From a phage, in sequence record PZ445437.1: DNA of 64,000 nt; one strand, 5' to 3'. The translations under genes were made by a program, and so were the position numbers. Shown here piece by piece: positions 48,561 to 64,000 of this stretch (position 1 is its first letter; each line of letters opens with the position of its first letter). The notes under the pieces were generated by a model that was not told where the DNA came from, did no database searches, and saw nothing but the letters and a program-made list of their open reading frames with translations.

Positions 48561-51500
48561 CAGTAAAAGCACCTTCAGTCACTAGTCTCAGAATTTCCAA
48601 GTTATCCGCAAATCAGGTGCAAGTACGCTGGGATGACGTTGGTGCTAATTTCTACTATTTTGTAGAAATCGCTGAGACAAAAACAAACTCGGGGGAAAAA
48701 CTCCCGAGTAATCAATATCGTTGGATTAATTTAGGATATACAGCAAATAATAGTTTCTTTTTTGATGATGCTGATCCATTAACAACATACATTATTAGAG
48801 TAGCCACAGCTGCGCAAGATTTTGAGCAGTCTGACTGGATTTATACAGAAGAGTTTGAAACTTTTGCTACAAATGCTTATACATTTCAAAACATGATTGA
48901 AATGCAATTAGCCAATAAATTCATTCAGGAAAAATTTACTCTTAATAATTCTGATTATGTTAATTTTAATAATGACACTATAATGGCTGCATTGATGAAT
49001 GAATCGTTCCAATTCAGCCCATCATATGTTGATGTTTCATCAATAAGTAATTTTATTATTGGTGAAAATGAGTATCATGAAATACAAGGTTCTATTCAGC
49101 AAGTATGTAAGGATATTAACCGAGTTTATTTGATGGAATCAGAAGGAATTCTATATCTTTTTGAGCGCTATCAACCTGTAGTTAAAGTATCCAATGATAA
49201 AGGACAAACCTGGAAAGCCGTAAAGCTCTTCAATGACCGTGTAGGATATCCTTTATCTAAGACAGTATATTACCAATCTGCGAACACAACATACGTTCTA
49301 GGATACGACAAGATTTTCTATGGCCGTAAATCTACTGATGTTAGATGGTCAGCTGATGATGTCAGATTTAGTTCTCAGGATATAACATTTGCTAAACTTG
49401 GCGACCAGTTATATTTAGGATTTGATGTAGAAATCTTTGGTACTTATGCGACTTTACCAGCGAATGTATATCGTATAGCTGAAGCCATTACTTGTACGGA
49501 TGATTATATCTATGTTGTTGCCAGAGATAAAGTTAGATATATAAAAACGAGCAATGCACCTATAGATTCTGATCCATTATCTCCAACATATTCGGAAAGG
49601 CTATTTGAATCTGATACAATGACTATAACTGGAAATCCTAAAGCAGTATGCTATAAAATGGATTCTATTGGTGATAAAGTTTTTGCTCTTATTATTGGTG
49701 AAGTTGAAACATTAAATGCTAATCCTAGAACATCAAAAATAATTGATTCCGCTGATAAAGGAATATATGTTTTAAATCATGACGAAAAAACATGGAAAAG
49801 AGTTTTTGGTAATACTGAAGAAGAAAGAAGACGTATTCAACCCGGATATGCGAATATGTCAACTGACGGTAAATTAGTTTCTCTGTCTTCGAGTAATTTT
49901 AAATTTTTAAGTGATAATGTTGTTAATGACCCTGAAACTGTGGTGAAATATCAGTTAATCGGTGCTGTTAAATATGAATTTCCTCGTGAATGGTTAGCTG
50001 ATAAGCATTATCATATGATGGCATTTATAGCGGATGAAAAATCTGATTGGGAAACTTTTACGCCTCAGCCAATGAAATACTACGCAGAACCGTTCTTTAA
50101 CTGGTCTAAAAAATCTAACACACGTTGTTGGATAAACAACTCCGATAGGGTTGTAGTAGTTTATGCTGATTTAAAATACACTAAAGTTATAGAAAATATT
50201 CCGGAAACATCACCAGATAGATTAGTTCATGAATACTGGGATGATGGCGATTGTACTATAGTAATGCCAAATGTTAAATTCACTGGATTTAAAAAATATG
50301 CATCTGGGATGCTTTTCTATAAAGCCTCTGGTGAAATAATTTCTTACTATGATTTTAACTATCGCGTGAGAGATACAGTAGAAATTATTTGGAAGCCAAC
50401 TGAAGTATTTTTAAAAGCGTTTTTACAAAACCAAGAGCATGAGACTCCTTGGTCACCAGAAGAAGAGCGTGGATTAGCTGACCCTGATTTAAGACCATTA
50501 ATTGGCACAATGATGCCTGATTCTTATTTGTTGCAGGATTCGAATTTTGAAGCATTTTGCGAAGCATATATTCAGTATCTTTCTGATGGATATGGAACTC
50601 AATACAATAATTTACGAAATTTAATTCGTAATCAGTATCCTAGAGAAGAGCATGCGTGGGAATATTTGTGGTCAGAGATATATAAAAGAAACATTTATTT
50701 AAATGCTGACAAACGTGATGCTGTTGCAAGATTTTTCGAATCACGTAGCTATGATTTTTATTCTACTAAAGGAATTGAAGCATCATACAAATTTCTTTTT
50801 AAAGTTCTTTATAATGAAGAGGTTGAAATTGAAATTGAATCTGGGGCTGGTACTGAATATGATATAATCGTTCAATCTGATTCTTTGACTGAAGACTTAG
50901 TAGGACAAACGATTTATACAGCTACAGGAAGATGTAATGTTACTTATATAGAAAGAAGCTATTCTAATGGTAAATTGCAATGGACCGTAACTATTCATAA
51001 TCTTTTGGGACGATTAATTGCTGGCCAAGAAGTTAAAGCAGAAAGACTTCCTAGTTTTGAAGGCGAAATTATTCGTGGGGTTAAAGGAAAGGATTTGCTT
51101 CAAAATAATATAGACTATATTAATAGAAGTCGATCATATTATGTAATGAAAATTAAATCCAATTTACCTTCTTCTCGTTGGAAATCTGACGTTATTCGTT
51201 TTGTTCATCCAGTAGGATTTGGATTTATAGCAATTACCCTTTTAACGATGTTTATTAATGTTGGTTTAACTCTTAAACACACAGAGACTATAATTAATAA
51301 ATACAAAAACTATAAATGGGATTCTGGATTGCCTACTGAATATGCTGATAGAGTAGCTAAATTGACTCCAACTGGTGAAATTGAGCATGATTCGGTAACA
51401 GGCGAAGCAATTTATGAGCCTGGCCCAATGGCTGGTGTAGAATATCCTCTTCCTGATGACTATAATGCTGAAAATAACAATTCAATATTTCAAGGTCAAT

Positions 51501-51655
51501 TGCCGTCTGAACGACGTAAATTAATGAGTCCTCTATTTGACGCATCTGGAACAACATTTGCACAATTTAGAGATTTAGTTAATAAACGTCTAAAAGACAA
51601 TATAGGAAATCCAAGAGACCCTGAAAATCCAACACAGGTTAAAATAGATGAATGA
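48557..51655 (+). CDS. 7: baseplate wedge initiator gp7
   Basis: 1032 aa, matching T4 gp7 length and order. Confidence 0.9.
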   Translation: MTVKAPSVTSLRISKLSANQVQVRWDDVGANFYYFVEIAETKTNSGEKLPSNQYRWINLGYTANNSFFFDDADPLTTYIIRVATAAQDFEQSDWIYTEEFETFATNAYTFQNMIEMQLANKFIQEKFTLNNSDYVNFNNDTIMAALMNESFQFSPSYVDVSSISNFIIGENEYHEIQGSIQQVCKDINRVYLMESEGILYLFERYQPVVKVSNDKGQTWKAVKLFNDRVGYPLSKTVYYQSANTTYVLGYDKIFYGRKSTDVRWSADDVRFSSQDITFAKLGDQLYLGFDVEIFGTYATLPANVYRIAEAITCTDDYIYVVARDKVRYIKTSNAPIDSDPLSPTYSERLFESDTMTITGNPKAVCYKMDSIGDKVFALIIGEVETLNANPRTSKIIDSADKGIYVLNHDEKTWKRVFGNTEEERRRIQPGYANMSTDGKLVSLSSSNFKFLSDNVVNDPETVVKYQLIGAVKYEFPREWLADKHYHMMAFIADEKSDWETFTPQPMKYYAEPFFNWSKKSNTRCWINNSDRVVVVYADLKYTKVIENIPETSPDRLVHEYWDDGDCTIVMPNVKFTGFKKYASGMLFYKASGEIISYYDFNYRVRDTVEIIWKPTEVFLKAFLQNQEHETPWSPEEERGLADPDLRPLIGTMMPDSYLLQDSNFEAFCEAYIQYLSDGYGTQYNNLRNLIRNQYPREEHAWEYLWSEIYKRNIYLNADKRDAVARFFESRSYDFYSTKGIEASYKFLFKVLYNEEVEIEIESGAGTEYDIIVQSDSLTEDLVGQTIYTATGRCNVTYIERSYSNGKLQWTVTIHNLLGRLIAGQEVKAERLPSFEGEIIRGVKGKDLLQNNIDYINRSRSYYVMKIKSNLPSSRWKSDVIRFVHPVGFGFIAITLLTMFINVGLTLKHTETIINKYKNYKWDSGLPTEYADRVAKLTPTGEIEHDSVTGEAIYEPGPMAGVEYPLPDDYNAENNNSIFQGQLPSERRKLMSPLFDASGTTFAQFRDLVNKRLKDNIGNPRDPENPTQVKIDE

Positions 51656-52652
51656 TTCAAGTGTTATCTATCGTGCGATAGTTACTTCAAAATTTAGAAC
51701 AGAAAAAATGTTGAATTTTTATAATTCAATTGGAAGTGGTCCGGATAAAAACACTATCTTTATCACATTTGGAAGATCAGAACCGTGGTCATCAAATGAA
51801 AATGAGGTGGGCTTTGCCCCACCTTATCCAACCGATTCTGTATTAGGCGTAACTGACATGTGGACGCATATGATGGGAACAGTAAAGGTTCTTCCATCAA
51901 TGCTTGATGCTGTTATTCCTCGCAGAGATTGGGGAGATACTAGATATCCGGATCCATACACATTTAGAATTAACGATATTGTAGTGTGTAACTCAGCTCC
52001 TTACAATGCTACTGAATCAGGCGCAGGCTGGTTAGTATATCGTTGTTTAGATGTTCCTGATACCGGAATGTGTTCAATAACATCTTTAACTGATAAGGAT
52101 GAATGCCTCAAATTAGGTGGAAAATGGACTCCTTCTGCTAGGTCAATGACTCCGCCTGAAGGCCGAGGAGATGCTGAAGGAACAATTGAACCTGGGGACG
52201 GATATGTTTGGGAATATCTATTTGAGATTCCGCCTGATGTATCTATAAATAGATGCACGAATGAATATATCGTGGTTCCTTGGCCTGAGGAATTAAAAGA
52301 AGACCCGACTAGATGGGGATATGAAGATAATTTCACTTGGCAGCAAGATGATTTTGGATTAATTTACCGTGTTAAGGCAAATACTATCCGTTTTAAAGCA
52401 TATTTAGATTCAGTTTATTTTCCTGAAGCTGCATTGCCAGGAAATAAAGGATTTAGACAAATATCAATAATCACGAATCCTCTTGAAGCTAAAGCTCATC
52501 CAAATGACCCAAACGTTAAAGCTGAAAAGGATTATTATGATCCGGAAGATTTAATGAGGCATTCGGGCGAAATGATTTATATGGAAAATAGGCCACCTAT
52601 TATTATGGCAATGGATCAGACAGAAGAAATCAATATTCTGTTTACATTTTAA
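51648..52652 (+). CDS. 8: baseplate wedge protein gp8
   Basis: 334 aa, matching T4 gp8. Confidence 0.9.
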   Translation: MNDSSVIYRAIVTSKFRTEKMLNFYNSIGSGPDKNTIFITFGRSEPWSSNENEVGFAPPYPTDSVLGVTDMWTHMMGTVKVLPSMLDAVIPRRDWGDTRYPDPYTFRINDIVVCNSAPYNATESGAGWLVYRCLDVPDTGMCSITSLTDKDECLKLGGKWTPSARSMTPPEGRGDAEGTIEPGDGYVWEYLFEIPPDVSINRCTNEYIVVPWPEELKEDPTRWGYEDNFTWQQDDFGLIYRVKANTIRFKAYLDSVYFPEAALPGNKGFRQISIITNPLEAKAHPNDPNVKAEKDYYDPEDLMRHSGEMIYMENRPPIIMAMDQTEEINILFTF

Positions 52653-52657
52653 ATTAA

Positions 52658-52680
52658 GGGAGCCCATGGGCTCCCTTTTT
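52658..52680 (+). terminator. rho-independent terminator after gene 8 (GGGAGCCCATGGGCTCCC + TTTTT)
   Basis: Perfect 7-bp GC stem followed by T5. Confidence 0.7.
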
Positions 52681-52683
52681 CTT

Positions 52684-52691
52684 TATAAATA
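52684..52691 (+). promoter_or_regulatory. T4 late promoter TATAAATA upstream of gene 9
   Basis: Exact TATAAATA 25 nt upstream of the gene 9 ATG. Confidence 0.65.
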
Positions 52692-52715
52692 CTATAAACT
52701 CATAAGGAAACCGCT

Positions 52716-53582
52716 ATGTTCATTCAAGAACCAAAGAAATTGATTGATACCGGCGAAATTGGTAACGCTTCTACTGGTGATATCTTATTCGACGGTGGTA
52801 ATAAAATTAATAGTGATTTTAACGCAATTTATAATGCGTTTGGCGATCAACGTAAAATGGCAGTAGCAAATGGCACCGGAGCAGATGGTCAAATTATCCA
52901 TGCTACTGGATATTATCAAAAACACTCTATTGCAGAGTATGCAACTCCAGTAAAAGTTGGCACTAGGCATGATATTGATACCTCTACCGTAGGTGTTAAA
53001 GTTATCATTGAAAGAGGCGAACTCGGCGATTGTGTTGAATTCATTAATTCTAACGGATCAATATCAGTTACTAATCCTTTGACAATTCAAGCTATTGATT
53101 CAATTAAAGGTGTTTCAGGTAATTTAGTAGTAACTAGCCCATATAGTAAAGTTACTTTACGCTGTATTTCATCTGATAATTCTACGTCGGTTTGGAATTA
53201 TTCTATTGAAAGTATGTTTGGACAAAAGGAATCACCAGCTGAAGGTACATGGAATATTTCTACATCTGGATCAGTTGACATTCCATTATTTCATCGCACT
53301 GAATACAATATGGCTAAATTACTAGTTACATGCCAATCGATAGATGGAAGAAAAATTAAAACAGCAGAAATAAATATTCTTGTGGATACTGTTAATTCAG
53401 AGGTCATTTCTTCTGAATATGCTGTCATGCGAGTTGGGAATGAAACCGAAGAAGACGAAATCGCTAATATTGCATTTAGTATTAAAGAAAATTATGTAAC
53501 GGCGACTATAAGTTCTTCAACTGTCGGTATGAGAGCAGCAGTTAAAGTTATCGCTACGCAGAAAATCGGGGTGGCTCAATAA
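52716..53582 (+). CDS. 9: baseplate wedge / long-tail-fiber socket protein gp9
   Basis: 288 aa, T4 gp9 length and order. Confidence 0.9.
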   Translation: MFIQEPKKLIDTGEIGNASTGDILFDGGNKINSDFNAIYNAFGDQRKMAVANGTGADGQIIHATGYYQKHSIAEYATPVKVGTRHDIDTSTVGVKVIIERGELGDCVEFINSNGSISVTNPLTIQAIDSIKGVSGNLVVTSPYSKVTLRCISSDNSTSVWNYSIESMFGQKESPAEGTWNISTSGSVDIPLFHRTEYNMAKLLVTCQSIDGRKIKTAEINILVDTVNSEVISSEYAVMRVGNETEEDEIANIAFSIKENYVTATISSSTVGMRAAVKVIATQKIGVAQ

Positions 53583-55390
53583 TGAAACAAAATATTAATA
53601 TCGGTAATGTTGTAGATGATGGTACCGGTGACTACCTGCGTAAAGGTGGTATAAAAATAAATGAAAACTTTGATGAGCTTTATTATGAACTCGGTGATGG
53701 TGATGTTCCATATTCAGCCGGTGCCTGGAAAACTTATAATGCTTCATCAGGACAAACATTAACAGCAGAATGGGGAAAATCATACGCTATTAATACATCT
53801 TCTGGAAGAGTGACTATAAATCTTCCAAAGGGCACAGTTAATGATTACAACAAGGTAATTAGAGCTAGAGACGTATTTGCTACATGGAACGTTAATCCAG
53901 TTACACTAGTAGCTGCTTCCGGAGATACGATTAAAGGGTCTGCAGTACCAGTTGAAATTAATGTTCAATTCAGCGATTTAGAACTAGTGTATTGTGCCCC
54001 AGGACGTTGGGAATATGTCAAAAATAAACAAATTGACAAAATTACCAGTTCAGACATTAGTAATGTAGCTCGTAAAGAATTTTTAGTCGAAGTCCAAGGA
54101 CAAACAGACTTTTTAGATGTTTTCCGTGGAACCAGTTATAATGTAAATAACATCAGAGTAAAACATCGTGGTAACGAATTGTATTACGGCGATGTGTTTA
54201 GCGAAAACAGCGATTTTGGCTCTCCGGGCGAAAATGAAGGAGAACTAGTTCCTCTTGATGGATTTAATATTCGATTAAGACAGCCTTGTAATATTGGTGA
54301 CACTGTTCAAATTGAAACATTTATGGATGGTGTATCGCAGTGGAGAAGTTCATATACAAGACGTCAAATTAGATTGTTAGATTCAAAATTAACGTCAAAA
54401 ACTTCTTTAGAAGGAAGTATTTACGTTACTGATTTATCAACAATGAAATCAATTCCATTTTCTGCTTTTGGATTAATTCCAGGAGAACCTATTAATCCTA
54501 ATTCTCTTGAGGTTCGTTTTAACGGGATTTTGCAGGAATTGGCTGGAACAGTTGGAATGCCATTATTTCATTGTGTTGGTGCCGATTCAGACGATGAAGT
54601 AGAATGCTCTGTTTTAGGTGGAACTTGGGAACAATCTCATACCGATTATTCAGTTGAAACTGATGAAAACGGCATACCGGAAATTTTACATTTCGATAGA
54701 GTATTTGAGCATGGTGACATTATCAATATCACCTGGTTTAATAATGATTTGGGTACATTATTAACGAAAGATGAGATTATTGATGAAACTGATAATCTCT
54801 ATGTATCGCAAGGACCAGGGGTAGATATTTCAGGTGATGTAAATTTAACAGACTTCGATAAAATTGGTTGGCCAAATGTAGAAGTAGTTCAATCTTATCA
54901 ACGCGAATTTAATGCTGTTTCAAATATCTTTGATACGATTTATCCTATTGGAACTATATATGAAAACGCTGTTAATCCAAACAACCCTGTTACATATATG
55001 GGATTCGGCTCATGGAAATTATTTGGGCAAGGAAAAGTTTTAGTTGGATGGAATGAAGATATTTCGGATCCGAATTTTGCTCTAAATAACAACGATTTAG
55101 ATTCTGGCGGAAATCCTTCGCATACTGCAGGTGGAACAGGTGGTTCTACTTCTGTTACATTGGAAAATGCTAATCTTCCTGCAACTGAAACAGATGAAGA
55201 AGTTCTAATAGTTGATGAAAATGGATCAGTCATTGTTGGTGGGTGTCAATACGATCCAGATGAATCCGGTCCAATTTACACTAAATACCGTGAAGCTAAA
55301 GCATCTACTAACTCTACTCACACTCCGCCAACATCAATAACTAACATTCAACCATATATTACAGTTTATCGTTGGATAAGGATTGCATAA
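53582..55390 (+). CDS. 10: baseplate wedge protein gp10
   Basis: 602 aa, T4 gp10 length and order. Confidence 0.9.
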   Translation: MKQNINIGNVVDDGTGDYLRKGGIKINENFDELYYELGDGDVPYSAGAWKTYNASSGQTLTAEWGKSYAINTSSGRVTINLPKGTVNDYNKVIRARDVFATWNVNPVTLVAASGDTIKGSAVPVEINVQFSDLELVYCAPGRWEYVKNKQIDKITSSDISNVARKEFLVEVQGQTDFLDVFRGTSYNVNNIRVKHRGNELYYGDVFSENSDFGSPGENEGELVPLDGFNIRLRQPCNIGDTVQIETFMDGVSQWRSSYTRRQIRLLDSKLTSKTSLEGSIYVTDLSTMKSIPFSAFGLIPGEPINPNSLEVRFNGILQELAGTVGMPLFHCVGADSDDEVECSVLGGTWEQSHTDYSVETDENGIPEILHFDRVFEHGDIINITWFNNDLGTLLTKDEIIDETDNLYVSQGPGVDISGDVNLTDFDKIGWPNVEVVQSYQREFNAVSNIFDTIYPIGTIYENAVNPNNPVTYMGFGSWKLFGQGKVLVGWNEDISDPNFALNNNDLDSGGNPSHTAGGTGGSTSVTLENANLPATETDEEVLIVDENGSVIVGGCQYDPDESGPIYTKYREAKASTNSTHTPPTSITNIQPYITVYRWIRIA

Positions 55391-56049
55391 TGAGTTTACT
55401 TAATAATAAAGCGGGAGTTATTTCCCGCTTAGCCGATTTTCTTGGTTTTAGACCTAAAGCTGGTAATATAGATGTAATGAATCGTCAATCAGTTGGGTCA
55501 GTGACAATTTCTCAATTAGCGAAAGGTTTTTATGAACCAAACGTAGAATCAGCTATTAATGATGTTCATAATTTTTCTATAAAAGACGTTGGTACAATTA
55601 TTACTAATAAAACTGGTGTTTCTCCTGAGGGTGTTTCTCAAACTGATTATTGGGCATTTTCTGGAACTGTAACAGACGATTCTCTTCCTCCGGGTTCTCC
55701 TGTTACAGTATTAGTATTTGGTCTTCCAGTTTCAGCAACAACTGGAATGACGACAATTGAGTTTGTTGCAAAAGTTCGTGTTGCCCTTCAAGAAGCTATT
55801 GCGTCATTTACTGCTATCAACTCATATAAAGACCATCCGACAGATGGTAGTAAATTAGAAGTTACTTATTTAGATAATCAAAAACATGTATTAAGCACAT
55901 ATTCTACATATGGAATAACTATTTCACAGGAAATTATTTCTGAGTCTAAACCTGGCTACGGTACATGGAATTTATTAGGCGCACAAACTGTAACTTTAGA
56001 TAATCAGCAGACTCCTACAGTATTTTATCATTTTGAGAGAACAGCATGA
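55390..56049 (+). CDS. 11: baseplate wedge protein gp11 (short tail fiber attachment)
   Basis: Start at [10 protein letters not shown] (ATG overlapping the gp10 stop, ATAATGA) gives 219 aa. Confidence 0.88.
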   Translation: MSLLNNKAGVISRLADFLGFRPKAGNIDVMNRQSVGSVTISQLAKGFYEPNVESAINDVHNFSIKDVGTIITNKTGVSPEGVSQTDYWAFSGTVTDDSLPPGSPVTVLVFGLPVSATTGMTTIEFVAKVRVALQEAIASFTAINSYKDHPTDGSKLEVTYLDNQKHVLSTYSTYGITISQEIISESKPGYGTWNLLGAQTVTLDNQQTPTVFYHFERTA

Positions 56050-57629
56050 GTAATAATACATATCAACACGTTTCTAATGAATCTCGTTATGTAAAATTTG
56101 ATCCTACCGATACGAATTTTCCACCAGAGATTACTGATGTTCAGGCTGCTATAGCAGCCATTTCTCCTGCTGGCGTAAATGGAGTTCCTGATGCATCGTC
56201 AACAACAAAGGGAATTTTATTTCTTGCCACTGAACAGGAAGTTATAGATGGAACTAATAATACCAAAGCAGTTACACCAGCAACGTTGGCAACAAGATTA
56301 TCATATCCAAACGCAACTGAAACTGTTTACGGATTAACAAGATATTCAACCAATGATGAAGCCATTGCCGGAGTTAATAATGAATCTTCTATAACTCCAG
56401 CTAAATTTACTGTTGCTCTTAATAATGCGTTTGAAACACGAGTTTCAACTGAATCCTCGAATGGTGTTATTAAAATTTCATCTCTACCGCAAGCATTAGC
56501 TGGTGCAGATGATACTACTGCAATGACTCCATTAAAAACACAGCAGTTAGCTATTAAATTAATTGCGCAAATTGCTCCTTCTGAAACCACAGCTACTGAA
56601 TCGGACCAAGGTGTTGTTCAATTAGCAACAGTAGCGCAGGTTCGTCAGGGAACTTTGAGAGAAGGCTATGCAATTTCTCCTTATACGTTTATGAATTCAT
56701 CTGCTACTGAAGAATATAAAGGCGTAATTAAATTAGGAACACAATCAGAAGTTAACTCGAATAATGCTTCTGTTGCGGTTACTGGCGCAACTCTTAATGG
56801 TCGTGGTTCTACAACGTCAATGAGAGGCGTAGTTAGATTAACAACAACGGCCGGTTCACAGAGTGGAGGAGATGCTTCATCAGCCTTAGCTTGGAATGCT
56901 GACGTTATCCACCAAAGAGGCGGTCAAACTATCAATGGAACACTTCGCATTAATAACACGCTTACAATAGCTTCAGGTGGAGCAAATATTACCGGAACAG
57001 TTAACATGACCGGTGGTTATATTCAAGGTAAGCGTGTCGTAACACAAAATGAAATTGATAGAACTATTCCTGTCGGAGCTATTATGATGTGGGCCGCTGA
57101 TAGTCTTCCTAGTGATGCTTGGCGTTTTTGCCACGGTGGAACTGTTTCAGCGTCAGATTGTCCATTATATGCTTCTAGAATTGGAACAAGATATGGCGGA
57201 AGCTCATCAAATCCTGGATTGCCTGACATGCGTGGTCTTTTTGTTCGTGGCTCTGGTCGTGGCTCTCACTTAACAAATCCAAATGTTAATGGTAATGACC
57301 AATTTGGTAAACCTAGATTAGGTGTAGGTTGTACTGGTGGATATGTTGGTGAAGTACAGAAACAGCAGATGTCTTATCATAAACATGCTGGTGGATTTGG
57401 TGAGCATGATGATTCTGGGGCATTCGGTAATACCCGTAGATCAAATTTTGTTGGTACACGTAAAGGACTTGACTGGGATAACCGTTCATACTTCACCAAT
57501 GATGGATATGAAATTGACCCGGCATCGCAGCGAAATTCCAAATATACGTTAAATCGCCCTGAATTAATTGGAAATGAAACACGTCCATGGAACATTTCTT
57601 TAAACTACATAATTAAGGTAAAAGAATGA
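56046..57629 (+). CDS. 12: short tail fiber protein gp12
   Basis: 527 aa, T4 gp12 length and order. Confidence 0.92.
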   Translation: MSNNTYQHVSNESRYVKFDPTDTNFPPEITDVQAAIAAISPAGVNGVPDASSTTKGILFLATEQEVIDGTNNTKAVTPATLATRLSYPNATETVYGLTRYSTNDEAIAGVNNESSITPAKFTVALNNAFETRVSTESSNGVIKISSLPQALAGADDTTAMTPLKTQQLAIKLIAQIAPSETTATESDQGVVQLATVAQVRQGTLREGYAISPYTFMNSSATEEYKGVIKLGTQSEVNSNNASVAVTGATLNGRGSTTSMRGVVRLTTTAGSQSGGDASSALAWNADVIHQRGGQTINGTLRINNTLTIASGGANITGTVNMTGGYIQGKRVVTQNEIDRTIPVGAIMMWAADSLPSDAWRFCHGGTVSASDCPLYASRIGTRYGGSSSNPGLPDMRGLFVRGSGRGSHLTNPNVNGNDQFGKPRLGVGCTGGYVGEVQKQQMSYHKHAGGFGEHDDSGAFGNTRRSNFVGTRKGLDWDNRSYFTNDGYEIDPASQRNSKYTLNRPELIGNETRPWNISLNYIIKVKE

Positions 57630-59089
57630 CAGATATTGTACTGAATGACTTACCATTCGTTGACGGCCCTCCTGCAGAGGGCCAGAGCCGCATTTCCTGG
57701 ATTAAAAACGGCGAAGAAATATTAGGAGCTGACACACAGTATGGAAGCGAAGGTTCAATGAATAGACCTACAGTTTCTGTACTAAGAAATGTTGAAGTTC
57801 TTGATAAAAACATTGGAATACTTAAAACATCTTTAGAAACCGCAAATAGTGATATTAAAACAATTCAGGGCATCTTAGATGTATCTGGTGATATTGAAGC
57901 TTTGGCCCAAATAGGTATCAATAAAAAGGATATTTCTGACCTCAAAACGCTAACCAGTGAACACACAGAAATATTAAATGGAACTAATAATACGGTTGAC
58001 AGTATTCTTGCCGATATTGGTCCATTTAACTCCGAGGCCAACTCTGTATACAGAACAATCAGAAATGATTTATTGTGGATAAAGCGTGAACTTGGACAAT
58101 ACACTGGTCAAGATATTAATGGTCTTCCTGTTGTAGGAAATCCTAGTAGTGGAATGAAGCATCGTATTATTAATAATACTGATGTCATTACTTCACAGGG
58201 AATACGTTTAAGCGAATTAGAAACAAAATTTATTGAATCTGATGTAGGTTCTTTAACTATCGAAGTTGGTAATCTTCGCGAAGAGCTTGGACCGAAACCA
58301 CCATCATTTTCACAGAACGTTTACAGTCGTTTAAATGAAATTGACACTAAACAGACAACAGTTGAGTCTGACATTAGTGCTATTAAGACCTCAATAGGAT
58401 ATCCAGGAAATAATTCGATTATCACGAGTGTTAATACAAACACTGATAATATTGCATCTATTAATTTAGAGCTAAATCAAAGTGGAGGTATTAAACAGCG
58501 TTTAACCGTTATTGAAACTTCTATTGGATCAGACGATATTCCTTCAAGTATTAAAGGCCAAATCAAAGATAATACAACTTCAATCGAATCTCTAAATGGA
58601 ATCGTCGGTGAAAACACTTCATCTGGTTTAAGAGCGAATGTTTCGTGGTTAAACCAAATTGTTGGAACTGATTCTAGCGGTGGACAACCTTCTCCTCCTG
58701 GGTCTCTTTTAAACCGAGTTTCTACAATTGAAACTTCTGTTTCAGGCTTGAATAATGATGTTCAAAACCTACAAGTAGAGATTGGTAATAACAGCACAGG
58801 AATTAAAGGGCAAGTTGTAGCGTTAAATACTTTAGTAAATGGAACTAATCCAAACGGTTCAACTGTTGAAGAACGCGGATTAACCAATTCAATAAAAGCT
58901 AACGAAACCAACATTGCATCAGTTACACAAGAAGTGAATACAGCTAAAGGCAATATATCTTCTTTACAAGGCGATGTTCAAGCTCTCCAAGAAGCCGGTT
59001 ATATTCCTGAAGCGCCAAGAGATGGGCAAGCTTACGTTCGTAAAGACGGCGAATGGGTATTGCTTTCTACCTTTTTATCACCAGCATAA
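57626..59089 (+). CDS. wac: fibritin (whisker antigen control)
   Basis: 487 aa; long coiled-coil region and C-terminal foldon-like [27 protein letters not shown]. Confidence 0.95.
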   Translation: MTDIVLNDLPFVDGPPAEGQSRISWIKNGEEILGADTQYGSEGSMNRPTVSVLRNVEVLDKNIGILKTSLETANSDIKTIQGILDVSGDIEALAQIGINKKDISDLKTLTSEHTEILNGTNNTVDSILADIGPFNSEANSVYRTIRNDLLWIKRELGQYTGQDINGLPVVGNPSSGMKHRIINNTDVITSQGIRLSELETKFIESDVGSLTIEVGNLREELGPKPPSFSQNVYSRLNEIDTKQTTVESDISAIKTSIGYPGNNSIITSVNTNTDNIASINLELNQSGGIKQRLTVIETSIGSDDIPSSIKGQIKDNTTSIESLNGIVGENTSSGLRANVSWLNQIVGTDSSGGQPSPPGSLLNRVSTIETSVSGLNNDVQNLQVEIGNNSTGIKGQVVALNTLVNGTNPNGSTVEERGLTNSIKANETNIASVTQEVNTAKGNISSLQGDVQALQEAGYIPEAPRDGQAYVRKDGEWVLLSTFLSPA

Positions 59090-59092
59090 CAT

Positions 59093-59108
59093 GGGGCCGC
59101 AAGGCCCC
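59093..59108 (+). other. GC stem-loop (GGGGCCGCAAGGCCCC) after wac
   Basis: 6-bp GC stem with tetraloop; no U-tract follows. Confidence 0.4.
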
Positions 59109-59120
59109 AAAGGATTTTAA

Positions 59121-60822
<1,702 letters not shown>

Positions 60823-60863
60823 TAAATATTATAAACTAATTAAAGCCCAGATTAGGAGAAATC

Positions 60864-64000
<3,137 letters not shown>

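Noticed and set aside
55372-56049. 225-aa version of gp11 starting at 55372
   Set aside because: The upstream ATG lies inside gene 10. The ATG at 55390 overlaps the gp10 stop and gives the 219-aa length expected for gp11.

Overview
This window is a contiguous piece of a T4-like (T-even) myovirus genome, very close to phage T4 but not identical. Positions 1-42833 are almost entirely minus-strand early/middle genes: clamp loader and clamp (62 fragment, 44, 45), rpbA, recombination nuclease 46/47, alpha-glucosyltransferase, late sigma factor gp55, the anaerobic ribonucleotide reductase module (nrdH, nrdG, mobD, nrdD), endonuclease VII, pin, nrdC, tk, rI, regB, lysozyme e, nudE, a 10-gene tRNA cluster, internal-protein genes, 57B/57A and genes 1, 3, 2, 4. 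Positions 42881-64000 are plus-strand late morphogenesis genes (53, 5, 5.1, 5.4, 6, 7, 8, 9, 10, 11, 12, wac, 13, 14, 15, 16, and 17 running off the window end). Protein identities were assigned by recalling T4 protein sequences and lengths and by motifs read from the translations; no database search was run, so sub-numbered T4 names are not asserted. I see no CRISPR array, no integrase or transposase, and no self-contained novel multi-gene system. The most notable points are: an in-frame TGA in the 57B (Acb1 anti-CBASS) homologue; five free-standing homing-endonuclease-like genes, two at sites where I do not recall one in T4; a tRNA set that differs from the T4 reference; a remodelled internal-protein/denV region; and several accessory proteins (macro domain, nucleotidyltransferase-like, P-loop ATPases, GrcA-like). 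Many conserved T4-style early promoters and tetraloop hairpins are visible.
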